Source of the DNA: Treponema sp. | GTDB taxonomy: Bacteria; Spirochaetota; Spirochaetia; Treponematales; Breznakiellaceae | Assembly: GCA_031254315.1 (NCBI GenBank) | Contig: JAIRUQ010000122.1 | Coordinates: 7,817-71,816 of the forward strand | Reading direction: 5' to 3' | DNA length: 64,000 nucleotides | Shown: positions 48,164 to 57,615 of the stretch, in pieces | How the letters are laid out: each line of letters begins with the position of its first letter | Numbering within the stretch: the stretch's first letter is position 1 | Position numbers and translations under genes: made by a program | Notes under the pieces: model-generated | The model's database searches: none | The model's input: only the letters and a program-made list of their open reading frames with translations | What the model was told of the DNA's origin: nothing

Positions 48164-48580
48164 ATGTTACCAATGAATACATTTATATTACCGTTGCTTA
48201 TGGGAGCCCCACAGCAGACTGCTGAGGGAGCCGCCGCAGGAACAGGCGGTCTTATTGGCGGATTATTGCCTTTTGTCGCAATAATTCTCATTTTCTATCT
48301 GTTGATCATCAGACCGCAAAACAAAAAGCGCAAAGAAACCGAAAAAATGCTTTCCGCCCTGAAAAAAGGCGACAAGATAGTAACAATCGGCGGACTCTAC
48401 GGAACAATTCATCTTGTTAAGGACACAACTGTAGTTATCAAAGTCGATGACAATGTCAAGCTGGAATTTTTGCGTAGCGCGATTTCCAGCGTAACACAGC
48501 CGTCATCGTCCAAGGAAGTCGAAGACAATAGCGAAGAAAAGGAGACGTCTGAAGAAAAAACTTCTACAGACGGTGAATAA
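48164..48580 (+). CDS. yajC: Preprotein translocase subunit YajC
   Basis: FYLLIIRPQ.KK.KE...LKKGDKIVTIGGLYG. Confidence 0.95.
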   Translation: MLPMNTFILPLLMGAPQQTAEGAAAGTGGLIGGLLPFVAIILIFYLLIIRPQNKKRKETEKMLSALKKGDKIVTIGGLYGTIHLVKDTTVVIKVDDNVKLEFLRSAISSVTQPSSSKEVEDNSEEKETSEEKTSTDGE

Positions 48581-48582
48581 AT

Positions 48583-50358
48583 ATGAATAAACGCTACAGA
48601 CTCGTCATCTTGCTTATAGTATTAGGGGTTTGTTTTTTATTTCTGTGGCCCACGGTACGCTGGTATTATTTTATTCCAAGGGAGCAGAAGGCGCAGGCGG
48701 TTGAATCAAGGGAGAGGATAAGAACCTACTCTTCTGAAGCCGCCGTCGCGGACTTACAGCGGCTTCTTGACGCCGCCCGGCTGGAAGAAACTGTTCCTGC
48801 CGATCTGGAATTTTTACTGCCTGTCGCTAGGAAGCTGTACAAAAACAGCAACCAGACGTTGCCTGAAACATGGACGGCAAAAGCGGTTCTTTCAGCATTT
48901 GGCTCCAGAAGGGAAGCGCTTGATTCAATCGAACAGAAATACGCCGATGATATTTTCGCCTTAAAAGATTTGCAAAAGAATGCGGTAAAACTCGGTCTTG
49001 ATCTTTCAGGCGGCTTGAGCATTGTTTTGCAGGCAGATACTGAAGCGCTTGCAGAAAAGCTGGGAAAAACATTAAACGAAGAGGATCGCGTAGACGCGAT
49101 AAACCGCGCTCTGGAAGTTTTGAATAACAGGATTGACCGTTTTGGTCTTACAGAGCCTGTTATTCGCCGGCAGGGCTCGGATCAGATTTATGTTGAAATT
49201 CCCGGAACATCCGATCCGGAAACAATAAACGATATAATTATGGGAAAGGGAAGCCTTACCTTCCACTTGGAAGATTCAGATGCGACAGAAGCCTTTTACA
49301 ATTACTATAGGTACAATACAACAGAAACTTTTGATTCAAACGGCAATTTAATTAATCCCGGTATTGTTCCGCCCGATGTAAAGATTCTTGGCATTTATAA
49401 AAAGGACAGATACGGGCTTGATGAACAGGAAAGAAATCTTGACGGTACTCTGCGTTTTATCGCTGTTAAAAGAGAAATTGGTCTTGACGGCAATTACATA
49501 GAAGAAGCGACCGTTGATCGTAACAACATTGACGGTAAACCGGAAGTTATTTTCAAGCTGAGCGAAGAAGGTGGCGAAATTTTTTACCGTCTTACTTCAG
49601 CTAACATAGACAAAAATCTCGCTATTGTACTGGACGACAAAGTTAAATCCAGCCCAAGAATTTCTACCGGTATTCATGAAAGGGGAACAATCACAGGGTT
49701 TAGCTCCGAAGAAGCTGAAACTCTCGCCCTTGTTTTAAGAACCGCGGCATTGCCAGTAGAGCTTGTTGTCGCAAGCCAGCAAAGCATTGGCTCTTCTTTG
49801 GGAAAGGACACAATCACTCAGGGGCTTTACGCGCTGTTAGGCGGCATTGCGGCTGTTTTACTTTTCATGCTCGTCTTTTACAGAGCCGCAGGCGTTAACG
49901 CTATAATCGCGCAGTTATTAAACTTCTATATAATGTTTAGCGTACTTTCCGCTCTTAACTTTACGCTGACTCTGCCGGCTATAGCAGGTTTTATTTTAAC
50001 AATCGGTATGGCGACAGACGCGAACGTAATTATCTTTGAGCGTATGAAAGAAGAAATGATGCTTGGCAAGAGCAGAAAGGCGGTAATAGAAGCCGGTTTT
50101 GGAAAAGCGTTCTGGGCGATTATGGACTCAAACATCACGACATTTATAGCCGCTCTGTTCCTTTCACAGCTTGGTTCAGGTCCAATCAGAGGATTCGCAG
50201 TAAGCCTTTCAATCGGCGTATTCTCTTCGGTCTTTACAGCCCTTTTTGTGTCGCGTTTAATCTTCGATTTTGACACAGATGTTATGCGAAATAAAAATCT
50301 GTCCATAAGCTGGACAACCCGTATTCGGGACACAGGTGCGAAGGCGGTCAGTTTATGA
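48583..50358 (+). CDS. secD: Protein translocase subunit SecD
   Basis: LGLDLSGG, RIDRFG..EP.I, LAIVLD, GMATDANVIIFER, DSNITT. Confidence 0.96.
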   Translation: MNKRYRLVILLIVLGVCFLFLWPTVRWYYFIPREQKAQAVESRERIRTYSSEAAVADLQRLLDAARLEETVPADLEFLLPVARKLYKNSNQTLPETWTAKAVLSAFGSRREALDSIEQKYADDIFALKDLQKNAVKLGLDLSGGLSIVLQADTEALAEKLGKTLNEEDRVDAINRALEVLNNRIDRFGLTEPVIRRQGSDQIYVEIPGTSDPETINDIIMGKGSLTFHLEDSDATEAFYNYYRYNTTETFDSNGNLINPGIVPPDVKILGIYKKDRYGLDEQERNLDGTLRFIAVKREIGLDGNYIEEATVDRNNIDGKPEVIFKLSEEGGEIFYRLTSANIDKNLAIVLDDKVKSSPRISTGIHERGTITGFSSEEAETLALVLRTAALPVELVVASQQSIGSSLGKDTITQGLYALLGGIAAVLLFMLVFYRAAGVNAIIAQLLNFYIMFSVLSALNFTLTLPAIAGFILTIGMATDANVIIFERMKEEMMLGKSRKAVIEAGFGKAFWAIMDSNITTFIAALFLSQLGSGPIRGFAVSLSIGVFSSVFTALFVSRLIFDFDTDVMRNKNLSISWTTRIRDTGAKAVSL

Positions 50359-51566
50359 AAAAGACAATTCGTTTTTCTAAATTTTTTATACCTGCCGCTA
50401 TCATCTCGTGTCTTCTTGTTGCTTTCAGCATTTCAGGTTATGTCTATAACAAAGGTTTTGCCCTTGGTGTGGACTTTCAAGCCGGTCTTCTTCAGGAAGT
50501 ACAGGTCGTTCCTCCGGCGTTTAGTCTGCGCTGGAACGGTACGACAAACGCGGTTCTTCAATTTGACCGTACTAGCATTCACATTATCACATCCGGCTCC
50601 AGCATTGAGAACAGGACATATTCGTTTCCATTTAGCGAATACAGTACTATTGGCTCTCTTGAACGCGCAATAGAACAGGAACTGGAAGAAATGGAAGTAA
50701 CTCTGTCGGCAAATGCAAATATTAGCTGTCAATGGCTGGTTTTCAGCTCACAGGGAAGTCTCAGATTAAACAGAGAGATTCCCTATGTTATTCACTACCT
50801 TGATCCGCAAAGCGCTCCTATAGATATTTCTGAAGTAAGAACGGCAATGGCTGGTTTTACACAGGGTACTTCAGTGCAAAATCTCGGCTCTCCTCAGGAC
50901 CGCCAATTTATGATCCGTATAGAAGACAAGGAAGAGGGGCGCATAACATCCTACGAAATTGTTGACGCCTTGGAATCATATTTTGGCGAAGGCAATATAG
51001 CCGTGCTTCGCTCCGATTATGTCGGCTCACGCTTTTCAAAAGATTTGACAGATCAGGCAGGAGTGCTTATTTCTCTTACGTTATTGTTGGTTTTAATTTA
51101 TTCGACAATACGTTTTAAATTGCAATACGCCGTAGGAGCAGTAATTGCGATCATGTATGACGTTTTGGTTATTATAGCCTTTGTTGTCTGGACACGGATG
51201 GAGTTTACTACGCTGACAATAGCGGCTATTCTTACCATTCTTGGTTATTCAACCAACAACACAATTATTTTCTTTGACCGTATAAGGGAAAATCTGCGTA
51301 TTCATCCCGATCAGCAATTTGTTGACATATTGAACATATCGCTGACCGGAATTCTTGGACGTACGATTATTACAACATTCTCGACAATGCTTGCTGTAAT
51401 GTGTCTGTTTATTTTTACCACCGGTTCAATGAAAGACTTTGCCCTAGCCCTTTTGGTCGGCATGACTTCCGGCGTATACACGACATTGTTTATAGTTTCC
51501 GGTTTTGTAAACTTCTGGAATACTCAGAAGGTAAAACGGGAGAAGAAAAAACTAGCGGTTGCCTAG
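50355..51566 (+). CDS. secF: Protein translocase subunit SecF
   Basis: LGVDFQAG, AAILTILGYS.N.TII.FDRIREN, RTIIT. Confidence 0.95.
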   Translation: MKKTIRFSKFFIPAAIISCLLVAFSISGYVYNKGFALGVDFQAGLLQEVQVVPPAFSLRWNGTTNAVLQFDRTSIHIITSGSSIENRTYSFPFSEYSTIGSLERAIEQELEEMEVTLSANANISCQWLVFSSQGSLRLNREIPYVIHYLDPQSAPIDISEVRTAMAGFTQGTSVQNLGSPQDRQFMIRIEDKEEGRITSYEIVDALESYFGEGNIAVLRSDYVGSRFSKDLTDQAGVLISLTLLLVLIYSTIRFKLQYAVGAVIAIMYDVLVIIAFVVWTRMEFTTLTIAAILTILGYSTNNTIIFFDRIRENLRIHPDQQFVDILNISLTGILGRTIITTFSTMLAVMCLFIFTTGSMKDFALALLVGMTSGVYTTLFIVSGFVNFWNTQKVKREKKKLAVA

Positions 51567-52447
51567 TGGAAGTTATACTATCCGGTGTACTTGGTTTTTG
51601 CATGGGAGTGCGCCGCGCCGTAGAATTGGCTGTTGAAGAATCACAGCGTTCTGCGGATAGCGGCTTTCCCGTCTATACATTTGGCTCATTAATTCACAAT
51701 CCAAAAGTGCTAGCCAGTCTAAAAAGCTGCGGTGTTGAAACATGGCAGGACACTTCTGACATTTCTTCCGTTAAATTAGAAAACTGCTCGGTAATTATCC
51801 GCGCCCACGGAATAAGCCCATCCGCTGAAAAAGAGTTGGCAGGAAGGGGTTGCCGCATAGTTGACGCTACCTGCCCCAAGGTCAAAGCGAGCCAATTAAG
51901 AGTAAAAGAACTCTCCCAAGAGGGTTACAGTCTGTTTCTCGCGGGAGACGCAGAGCACGCTGAAATTAAAAGCATAATTGGCTATGCGGATGCTTCCGCT
52001 TTTTGTACCGTTGTTGCCAACGCGGATGAGGCGAAAAACGCCGCAGACTCTCTTTACAAAACAAATAGCGGCGCGAAAACGGCTCTTTTAGGACAGACTA
52101 CAATTTCTCAAGACGAATACGACAACATAGGAGAGGCGATAAAAAAATACTTTCCCAATCTAAAAATAGAAAAAACAATTTGCGCCGCGACAAACGAACG
52201 TCAAAAAGCTCTTAGAGAACTCTTAACAAAAGTAGACGCTGTGATAATAGCAGGCGGCAGAGAATCCGCAAACACGCGCCATCTGCTGGCGATTGCTCAA
52301 GAGAGCGGCAAACCCTGCGCGTTAGCTGAATCTTCCGCGGACATACCCGAAAATTTTTACACTTACAAAACTGTAGGCATTAGCGCAGGCGCGTCTACAC
52401 CTGATTCGGTAATTGCGGAGATAGAGAAGAGGCTTTGCGGTGGGTGA
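51566..52447 (+). CDS. ispH: 4-hydroxy-3-methylbut-2-enyl diphosphate reductase
   Basis: GFCMGVRRA, LIHNP, IRAHG, DATCP.V, QTT, TICAATNERQ, SANT, SAGASTP; GTG start overlaps the secF stop. Confidence 0.95.
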   Translation: MEVILSGVLGFCMGVRRAVELAVEESQRSADSGFPVYTFGSLIHNPKVLASLKSCGVETWQDTSDISSVKLENCSVIIRAHGISPSAEKELAGRGCRIVDATCPKVKASQLRVKELSQEGYSLFLAGDAEHAEIKSIIGYADASAFCTVVANADEAKNAADSLYKTNSGAKTALLGQTTISQDEYDNIGEAIKKYFPNLKIEKTICAATNERQKALRELLTKVDAVIIAGGRESANTRHLLAIAQESGKPCALAESSADIPENFYTYKTVGISAGASTPDSVIAEIEKRLCGG

Positions 52448-52532
52448 GGGGAGATGCTGTTTTTTGTTCGTTCTTACAAATATAGCCAAAAAAGTCTTGA
52501 CATAAAAAGCAAACAGGGATTAAACTTACAAT

Positions 52533-52775
52533 ATGCAAAATCAGGATTATGAATATTTCCTTCAAAATATGGAAGGTCTTTATAAGCAATACGGTCATAA
52601 ATTTTTGGCTCTCAAAGACCGGCAAATTCTCGGTGTATACGATGATTTCAAAACTGCTCTGGATGAAACGCTAAAACAAGAGGAATACGGTACGTTTCTT
52701 ATTCAGGAATGTTTCCAAAGCAAAGAAGAATGTGTACAGCATTTCCAGAGAAACGTCATATCTGTTCCTGCATGA
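52533..52775 (+). CDS. Small acidic protein (DUF5678-like)
   Basis: YEYFLQNMEGLYKQYGHKFLALKDRQILG.YDDF..AL pattern; TTGACA-18-TAAACT promoter. Confidence 0.65.
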   Translation: MQNQDYEYFLQNMEGLYKQYGHKFLALKDRQILGVYDDFKTALDETLKQEEYGTFLIQECFQSKEECVQHFQRNVISVPA

Positions 52776-52784
52776 GGCTATACG

Positions 52785-53237
52785 TTGGATGATAAAAATC
52801 TGAATACTGGTCTTAGTTATACGGTAACATATAGTGGTCTCGCCCATTCTTTGAATACTCCTGTTTATGTCATATCGGCTATAAAGCCGGGAATAAAAAT
52901 CCAAATTGATGCTTTATGGGACACAGGAGCAAGCTGTTCTCTTATAAGACCTGAAGTAGCCGCAAAACTTAATCTAAAACCCATTTCCAAAACGCTTATT
53001 AGCACTCCGACTGATAAAGATGTGCCGAGCAATATTTATGTTATACATATTTACCTTCCTAACGGCTCCAGAATTTTTGATGTACATGTCCTTGAAGGAA
53101 CCCCAAATAACTGTGATATGCTTATCGGTATGGATGTTATTTCTTTAAGTGATTTTGCTATCACTAATCATAATGACCGCACGATGTTTTCTTTTCGTAT
53201 GCCATCAATGACTGAAATTGATTTTTGCGAACATTGA
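52785..53237 (+). CDS. Retropepsin-like aspartyl protease
   Basis: ALWDTGAS catalytic motif and MLIGMD. Confidence 0.85.
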   Translation: MDDKNLNTGLSYTVTYSGLAHSLNTPVYVISAIKPGIKIQIDALWDTGASCSLIRPEVAAKLNLKPISKTLISTPTDKDVPSNIYVIHIYLPNGSRIFDVHVLEGTPNNCDMLIGMDVISLSDFAITNHNDRTMFSFRMPSMTEIDFCEH

Positions 53238-53300
53238 CATATAATTTATCTTTTTCTTATTGTTGCGTCTGCCTTGGGCAGGAAGATAGATAAATCTCTC

Positions 53301-53330
53301 TTGACACTATATTGCAATCTATCATATAAT
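53301..53330 (+). promoter_or_regulatory. Sigma70-type promoter
   Basis: TTGACA-N18-TATAAT; near-palindrome GTGACATAATGACAC just downstream. Confidence 0.6.
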
Positions 53331-53422
53331 TAGCCAGTGACATAATGACACCTATTTTTTGGATATTAAAAGGATGTTTCTTATTTAAGAATACCAGAAT
53401 TGGAGGTTAATTAGAATAAGGT

Positions 53423-54256
53423 ATGACTAATAAGATAGGCAGGTTTTTTCTTTCAATTCTGTATTTTATCCCATTATATCCCTTTTGGATAGGTGTAGTT
53501 CCATACTTACTTGGAAATAGAACATCTGGTGTAAATTATATTGGTGCAAGTGCATTTGCTATTGGCATAATATTTCCATATATTATTGCTGGTATATATG
53601 AAAAAAGAGGAAACTCTTGGTGGAAAATATTTCTTTTATCTGGATTTTTATCAACAGGAATACCAATTCTAGGAATTATTTGGATAATAATTTCCAAAAT
53701 AAACATATCAAAAAAAGATAAATCAATAAATTATAATGAAAAAAATATAGGAACTATATCATTCAATGATATAAATTATAAGGAAATACTTATTAGAAAC
53801 GGATTAGATGAATATATAGAATTATTTGAAAAAAACAGATTAAACGATATAAAAATAATTATTGATTTAACGGAAGATGATTATGAAAAACTAGGTATAG
53901 AATTAATGGGGGATAGAAAAAAGTTATTAAAAATATTTTCAAAACATGAAATAACTAATTATTATTTTTCTTGTCAAAATAATGAGATGATTGAAAATAA
54001 AGGGCAACTAAAAAATGAAGAAAATATAAAATTAAGTGATTTTGAAGTAAAATATTTAAAGGAAATAGAAAACGATAAAGAAATATATAAATCTAGATTT
54101 TTTCAATTAGATTATAAGGATTTGTTAGAAAAATTATTAATGAATTATCCAGTCTCAATAAGAAAGGATATTGAGAATATTGAAAACAAGCATGGTATTG
54201 AAACTGCAAAAAAGGTGATTGTTAAATTATTAAAAAACAATATTTACGTCACATAA
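53423..54256 (+). CDS. AT-rich membrane protein with a sterile-alpha-motif (SAM) domain
   Basis: Three N-terminal TMs; L...GLDEYIELFEKNRL.DI.....LTEDDYEKLGI..MGDRKKLLK matches the SAM consensus. Confidence 0.75.
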   Translation: MTNKIGRFFLSILYFIPLYPFWIGVVPYLLGNRTSGVNYIGASAFAIGIIFPYIIAGIYEKRGNSWWKIFLLSGFLSTGIPILGIIWIIISKINISKKDKSINYNEKNIGTISFNDINYKEILIRNGLDEYIELFEKNRLNDIKIIIDLTEDDYEKLGIELMGDRKKLLKIFSKHEITNYYFSCQNNEMIENKGQLKNEENIKLSDFEVKYLKEIENDKEIYKSRFFQLDYKDLLEKLLMNYPVSIRKDIENIENKHGIETAKKVIVKLLKNNIYVT

Positions 54257-54290
54257 ATAGAGTATACAAGCATAGTAATTACCTGACATA

Positions 54291-55913
54291 TCACCACCCC
54301 ATCTCGCCCAACGCTTTTTCCACTTCTTCAATTTCATCATAAGGTTTTACATGATCGGCGTAAATTATCGAGTTCTCATGTCCTTTTCCCAGCAACAGGA
54401 CAAGATCGCCCTCTTGCGCTAAAGAGAGAGCCTTGCGTATTGCGGCAGGTCTGTCGGGAATAAGGAAAATATTTTTATTGTAGTCAAAAAATGCCCTGTT
54501 CTGATCAATTCTTACATCGGGATGTATGGCGGCTTTTACTACCCTTAATCCCTGATCCGTAAAAACGCCTTTTGAGATCTCTTCAAGAATTGCACTTGGC
54601 TTCTCGCCGCGAGGGTCTTCGTCTGTTAGTACAATTATATCCGAATAATGAGCGGCGATTTTTCCCTGCTCGGCTCTTTTTTGCGTATCACGTTCTCCGG
54701 CGGAACCAAAAACACTTATTATCCTGCCGCCTGTTTTATCCAGCCTCGCACGAAGGGGAGGGAAGATTGTCTGAAATGACGAAGGAGTATGTGCGTAATC
54801 AACTACAACTTCAAAAGGCTGATTTTTAATTATCGCCGTCATCCTTCCCCTTACAGGTTTTAATCTTTTTACATGCGGGGCAATTTCATCTACCGGAAGT
54901 TCTAAAAGACCGGAAACAGCAAGAAGAGAGGCAAGTACGTTAGCTGAATTAAAAGCGCCGGGAAGTTTATCCCTTAACATTACGCGCTTTTTTTGCTCGG
55001 TGATAGAAACCATATACCAGTTTCCCCATGTGCCGCTTTCGATTGCTTCAATAATAAGGTCTCCGACCCTTCCTGCGGGGCTATATGTATATGTTCTGTG
55101 ATTTAATGTTTTTATAAAATACTGCGCGCTCTTATCATCAGCGTTTACTACGCCAAACGGCTCTGTGAATGAAGAATCTTCCAAAGGCTCATAATTGTTG
55201 ACAGAGCGGAACAAGTTCGCCTTGTCGTCCCTGTACTTCTCCCATGTTCCGTGAAATTCAAGGTGTTCATGGGCGACATTGGTAACAACGCCTGCGCAAA
55301 AATTAACATCTCCAAGACGGTTTGTTTTTTGTGAAAGACCGTGAGAGCTTGCCTCCAATACTGCGAATTCACATCCGTTATCTGCCATTTCTCTTAACAG
55401 CCGTTGAACAACAGGCGCTTCAGGGGTTGTTTGATGTTCGCTGTTCCATAAAACATCGCCGCCAAGACAGTGCTGGACTGTAGAAATAAATCCTGCCTTC
55501 TTCCCCATTAAAGTTAAAAGTTGCCAGATAAAATAAACTGTTGTGCTCTTTCCCTCGGTTCCTGTAACCCCTGTTACGAGAAGTTTCTTGGAAGGGAAGC
55601 CGTAAAAAGCGGCGGAAATAGGGGACATGGCGACACGGGCGTTTTTTACTTTTATATAGACGACATTTTCTTTTTTTTCCGTGACTTCATTTTCATGTAC
55701 AATTACAACAGCGCCTTTTTTAACAGCGTCATCAATATAGAGGCTTCCGTCTGTATGCAATCCCGGCAGAGCGAAAAAAAGGCTTCCTTCTTTTACATTG
55801 CGTGAATCATATTCGAGAGAAGTAACAAGCGGATCGCCCTCTCTGTTATCCGCGACAGCTTCGGCTTTTTCCTCGATTTCTTTTGTAAAGAATTGTGAAA
55901 GACACTGTTCCAT
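54291..55913 (-). CDS. murE: UDP-MurNAc-dipeptide:diamino-acid ligase
   Basis: DSR.V, GVTGTEGKST, TTPE, LEASSHGL, EHLEFH, GRM, VDYAHTP, TDEDPR.E, GKGHE. Confidence 0.93.
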   Translation of the reverse strand: MEQCLSQFFTKEIEEKAEAVADNREGDPLVTSLEYDSRNVKEGSLFFALPGLHTDGSLYIDDAVKKGAVVIVHENEVTEKKENVVYIKVKNARVAMSPISAAFYGFPSKKLLVTGVTGTEGKSTTVYFIWQLLTLMGKKAGFISTVQHCLGGDVLWNSEHQTTPEAPVVQRLLREMADNGCEFAVLEASSHGLSQKTNRLGDVNFCAGVVTNVAHEHLEFHGTWEKYRDDKANLFRSVNNYEPLEDSSFTEPFGVVNADDKSAQYFIKTLNHRTYTYSPAGRVGDLIIEAIESGTWGNWYMVSITEQKKRVMLRDKLPGAFNSANVLASLLAVSGLLELPVDEIAPHVKRLKPVRGRMTAIIKNQPFEVVVDYAHTPSSFQTIFPPLRARLDKTGGRIISVFGSAGERDTQKRAEQGKIAAHYSDIIVLTDEDPRGEKPSAILEEISKGVFTDQGLRVVKAAIHPDVRIDQNRAFFDYNKNIFLIPDRPAAIRKALSLAQEGDLVLLLGKGHENSIIYADHVKPYDEIEEVEKALGEMGW

Positions 55914-56479
55914 TATTGCTCTCCAAAAACAACTGCGGTAAATGTAAAAAGTTGCGCGTCATGGGCTTTATAGGAGTCCTGCGGCAATCCCGCTTTTATA
56001 CAAATATAATCAAGATATTGCTCAAGATTCCAGCCCTGTTCAACCGGAACCTGAGGCAGAAGTACGCCTGAGCGTGAGCCTCGAATTAAAAACAGTCCGT
56101 GAACGCCGACTTTTACCTGCCATGGATCAGGACAGGGCGACATTGGAGAAAGCGCGGATATTTCTATTTCACAGTCAGGCAGTTCTTTTTTTTTTAACGG
56201 GGAAAAACGCGGGTCGCCGAACGCGGCTTCTCTTGCCATTATGCGCACTGTTTCTATCAGAGGCAAATTTGCCGTCATTCTGCCGATACAACCGCGCAAG
56301 GCGTGTCCGCTTTTCATGTGTAGAGACACAAACGCGCCGCATAGTTTTTCAAGGCTTGAGTCATTGTTTGTTTCGACCTTCTCAAAAACAGGTTTGCGCC
56401 CCTCCAGTTCGGCAGTTATAACCTCCCTCGCCTGAGTAAGCAAAATCTTCTGTTCTTCCTCTGTAATGGTGAATTCCAT
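55913..56479 (-). CDS. AMMECR1-domain (AmmeMemoRadiSam system protein A)
   Basis: GAFVSL, LRGCIG, AAFGDPRF.P, EIS.LSP, GVLLPQV..EQGW, KAGL. Confidence 0.92.
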   Translation of the reverse strand: MEFTITEEEQKILLTQAREVITAELEGRKPVFEKVETNNDSSLEKLCGAFVSLHMKSGHALRGCIGRMTANLPLIETVRIMAREAAFGDPRFSPLKKKELPDCEIEISALSPMSPCPDPWQVKVGVHGLFLIRGSRSGVLLPQVPVEQGWNLEQYLDYICIKAGLPQDSYKAHDAQLFTFTAVVFGEQ

Positions 56480-56483
56480 ATAT

Positions 56484-56499
56484 CTATATTATAATATAG
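56484..56499. promoter_or_regulatory. Palindromic bidirectional -10 element
   Basis: CTATATTATAATATAG is a perfect palindrome giving TATAAT on both strands in a 29-bp divergent gap. Confidence 0.6.
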
Positions 56500-56508
56500 G
56501 TACTTTTT

Positions 56509-57615
56509 ATGAAACAAGGCAGAATGTCAAAAGTTGTGAAAATTGGCGGTTTTTCCCATGTCCGCCCCATTTGCGTAGGGGGCGGTTTTCCTGTGGTTAT
56601 TCAGACCATGTGGAAGGATCGCCTGTCTTTTTCCGGCTTGGATGAGGCGGCTGTCAAGATTGAGGCGCTTGGGGCTTTTGGGTGCGGAATTGTCCGTTTT
56701 GCCGTCCCCGACCTTCAGTCTGCGGAGCTTCTCGGTCGCCTTGCCGAAATGACCTCAATGCCCCTTGTCGCGGACATTCACTTCGATTATAAAATCGCCC
56801 TTCGATGTATGGACTTTCCCGTCTCAAAAATCCGCATAAATCCGGGCAATATCGGCAATAAGGAAAAAACACGCCTTGTACTGGAAAAAGCCGCGGACAG
56901 GAAAGTCCCCATTCGTATCGGGGTGAACGCCGGAAGCCTGCCGAGTGACCTCCGCCGGATGGTAGAAGAGGGTATGAGTACCTCAGACGCGCTTGCACAG
57001 GCGGCAAAGAGGGAAATCTCGGTTTTTGAAGAATTCGGCTTTACGGACTTTCTGGTATCAATGAAAGCCACAGGAATTGCCGATACTATAAGTGCTAACC
57101 AAATTCTTTCCCGGCTGACCGATGCGCCCTTGCATATAGGGCTTACCGAGGCGGGACCCCTTACAGCAGGGGTAGCGAGAAGTACGGCGGCTCTGTTATC
57201 TTTGCTCTCCGGGGGCATTGGCGATACGATAAGGGTCTCCCTGTCGGACAGTGTGGAGAATGAAGTCATTGCCGCAAGGGAGATACTGGCGGCAATAGCA
57301 CAGTTAGCGCCCCAGAACGAGCGGCTGAAACAGAGGGGCGTAAATGTTATTTCCTGTCCGCGTTGCGGCAGGCACGGTTTTGACACCTGCGGCTTTACCA
57401 CCCGCTGGATGCCGAAACTTTACGCTATGGACAAGGACATAACCGTAGCGGTTATGGGTTGCGAAGTAAACGGTCCTGTAGAGGCGAAACACGCTGATCT
57501 TGGAATTACGGGAGCAGGAGAGAAGGTTTTGATTTTTAAACATGGAGAGATAATTAAAACCATTGATGCTTCTGAAGCGGATATTGTTTTTGAAGAGGAA
57601 CTGAATAAATTATGA
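56509..57615 (+). CDS. ispG: (E)-4-hydroxy-3-methylbut-2-enyl-diphosphate synthase
   Basis: PLVADIHF, RINPGNIG, IRIGVNAGSL, PLH.GLTEAG, GIGDTIRVSL, SCP.CGR, AVMGC.VNGP.E. Confidence 0.96.
   Translation: MKQGRMSKVVKIGGFSHVRPICVGGGFPVVIQTMWKDRLSFSGLDEAAVKIEALGAFGCGIVRFAVPDLQSAELLGRLAEMTSMPLVADIHFDYKIALRCMDFPVSKIRINPGNIGNKEKTRLVLEKAADRKVPIRIGVNAGSLPSDLRRMVEEGMSTSDALAQAAKREISVFEEFGFTDFLVSMKATGIADTISANQILSRLTDAPLHIGLTEAGPLTAGVARSTAALLSLLSGGIGDTIRVSLSDSVENEVIAAREILAAIAQLAPQNERLKQRGVNVISCPRCGRHGFDTCGFTTRWMPKLYAMDKDITVAVMGCEVNGPVEAKHADLGITGAGEKVLIFKHGEIIKTIDASEADIVFEEELNKL

Noticed and set aside
51401-51565. N-terminal extension of ispH
   Set aside because: Lies within secF; IspH homology starts at GTG 51566.
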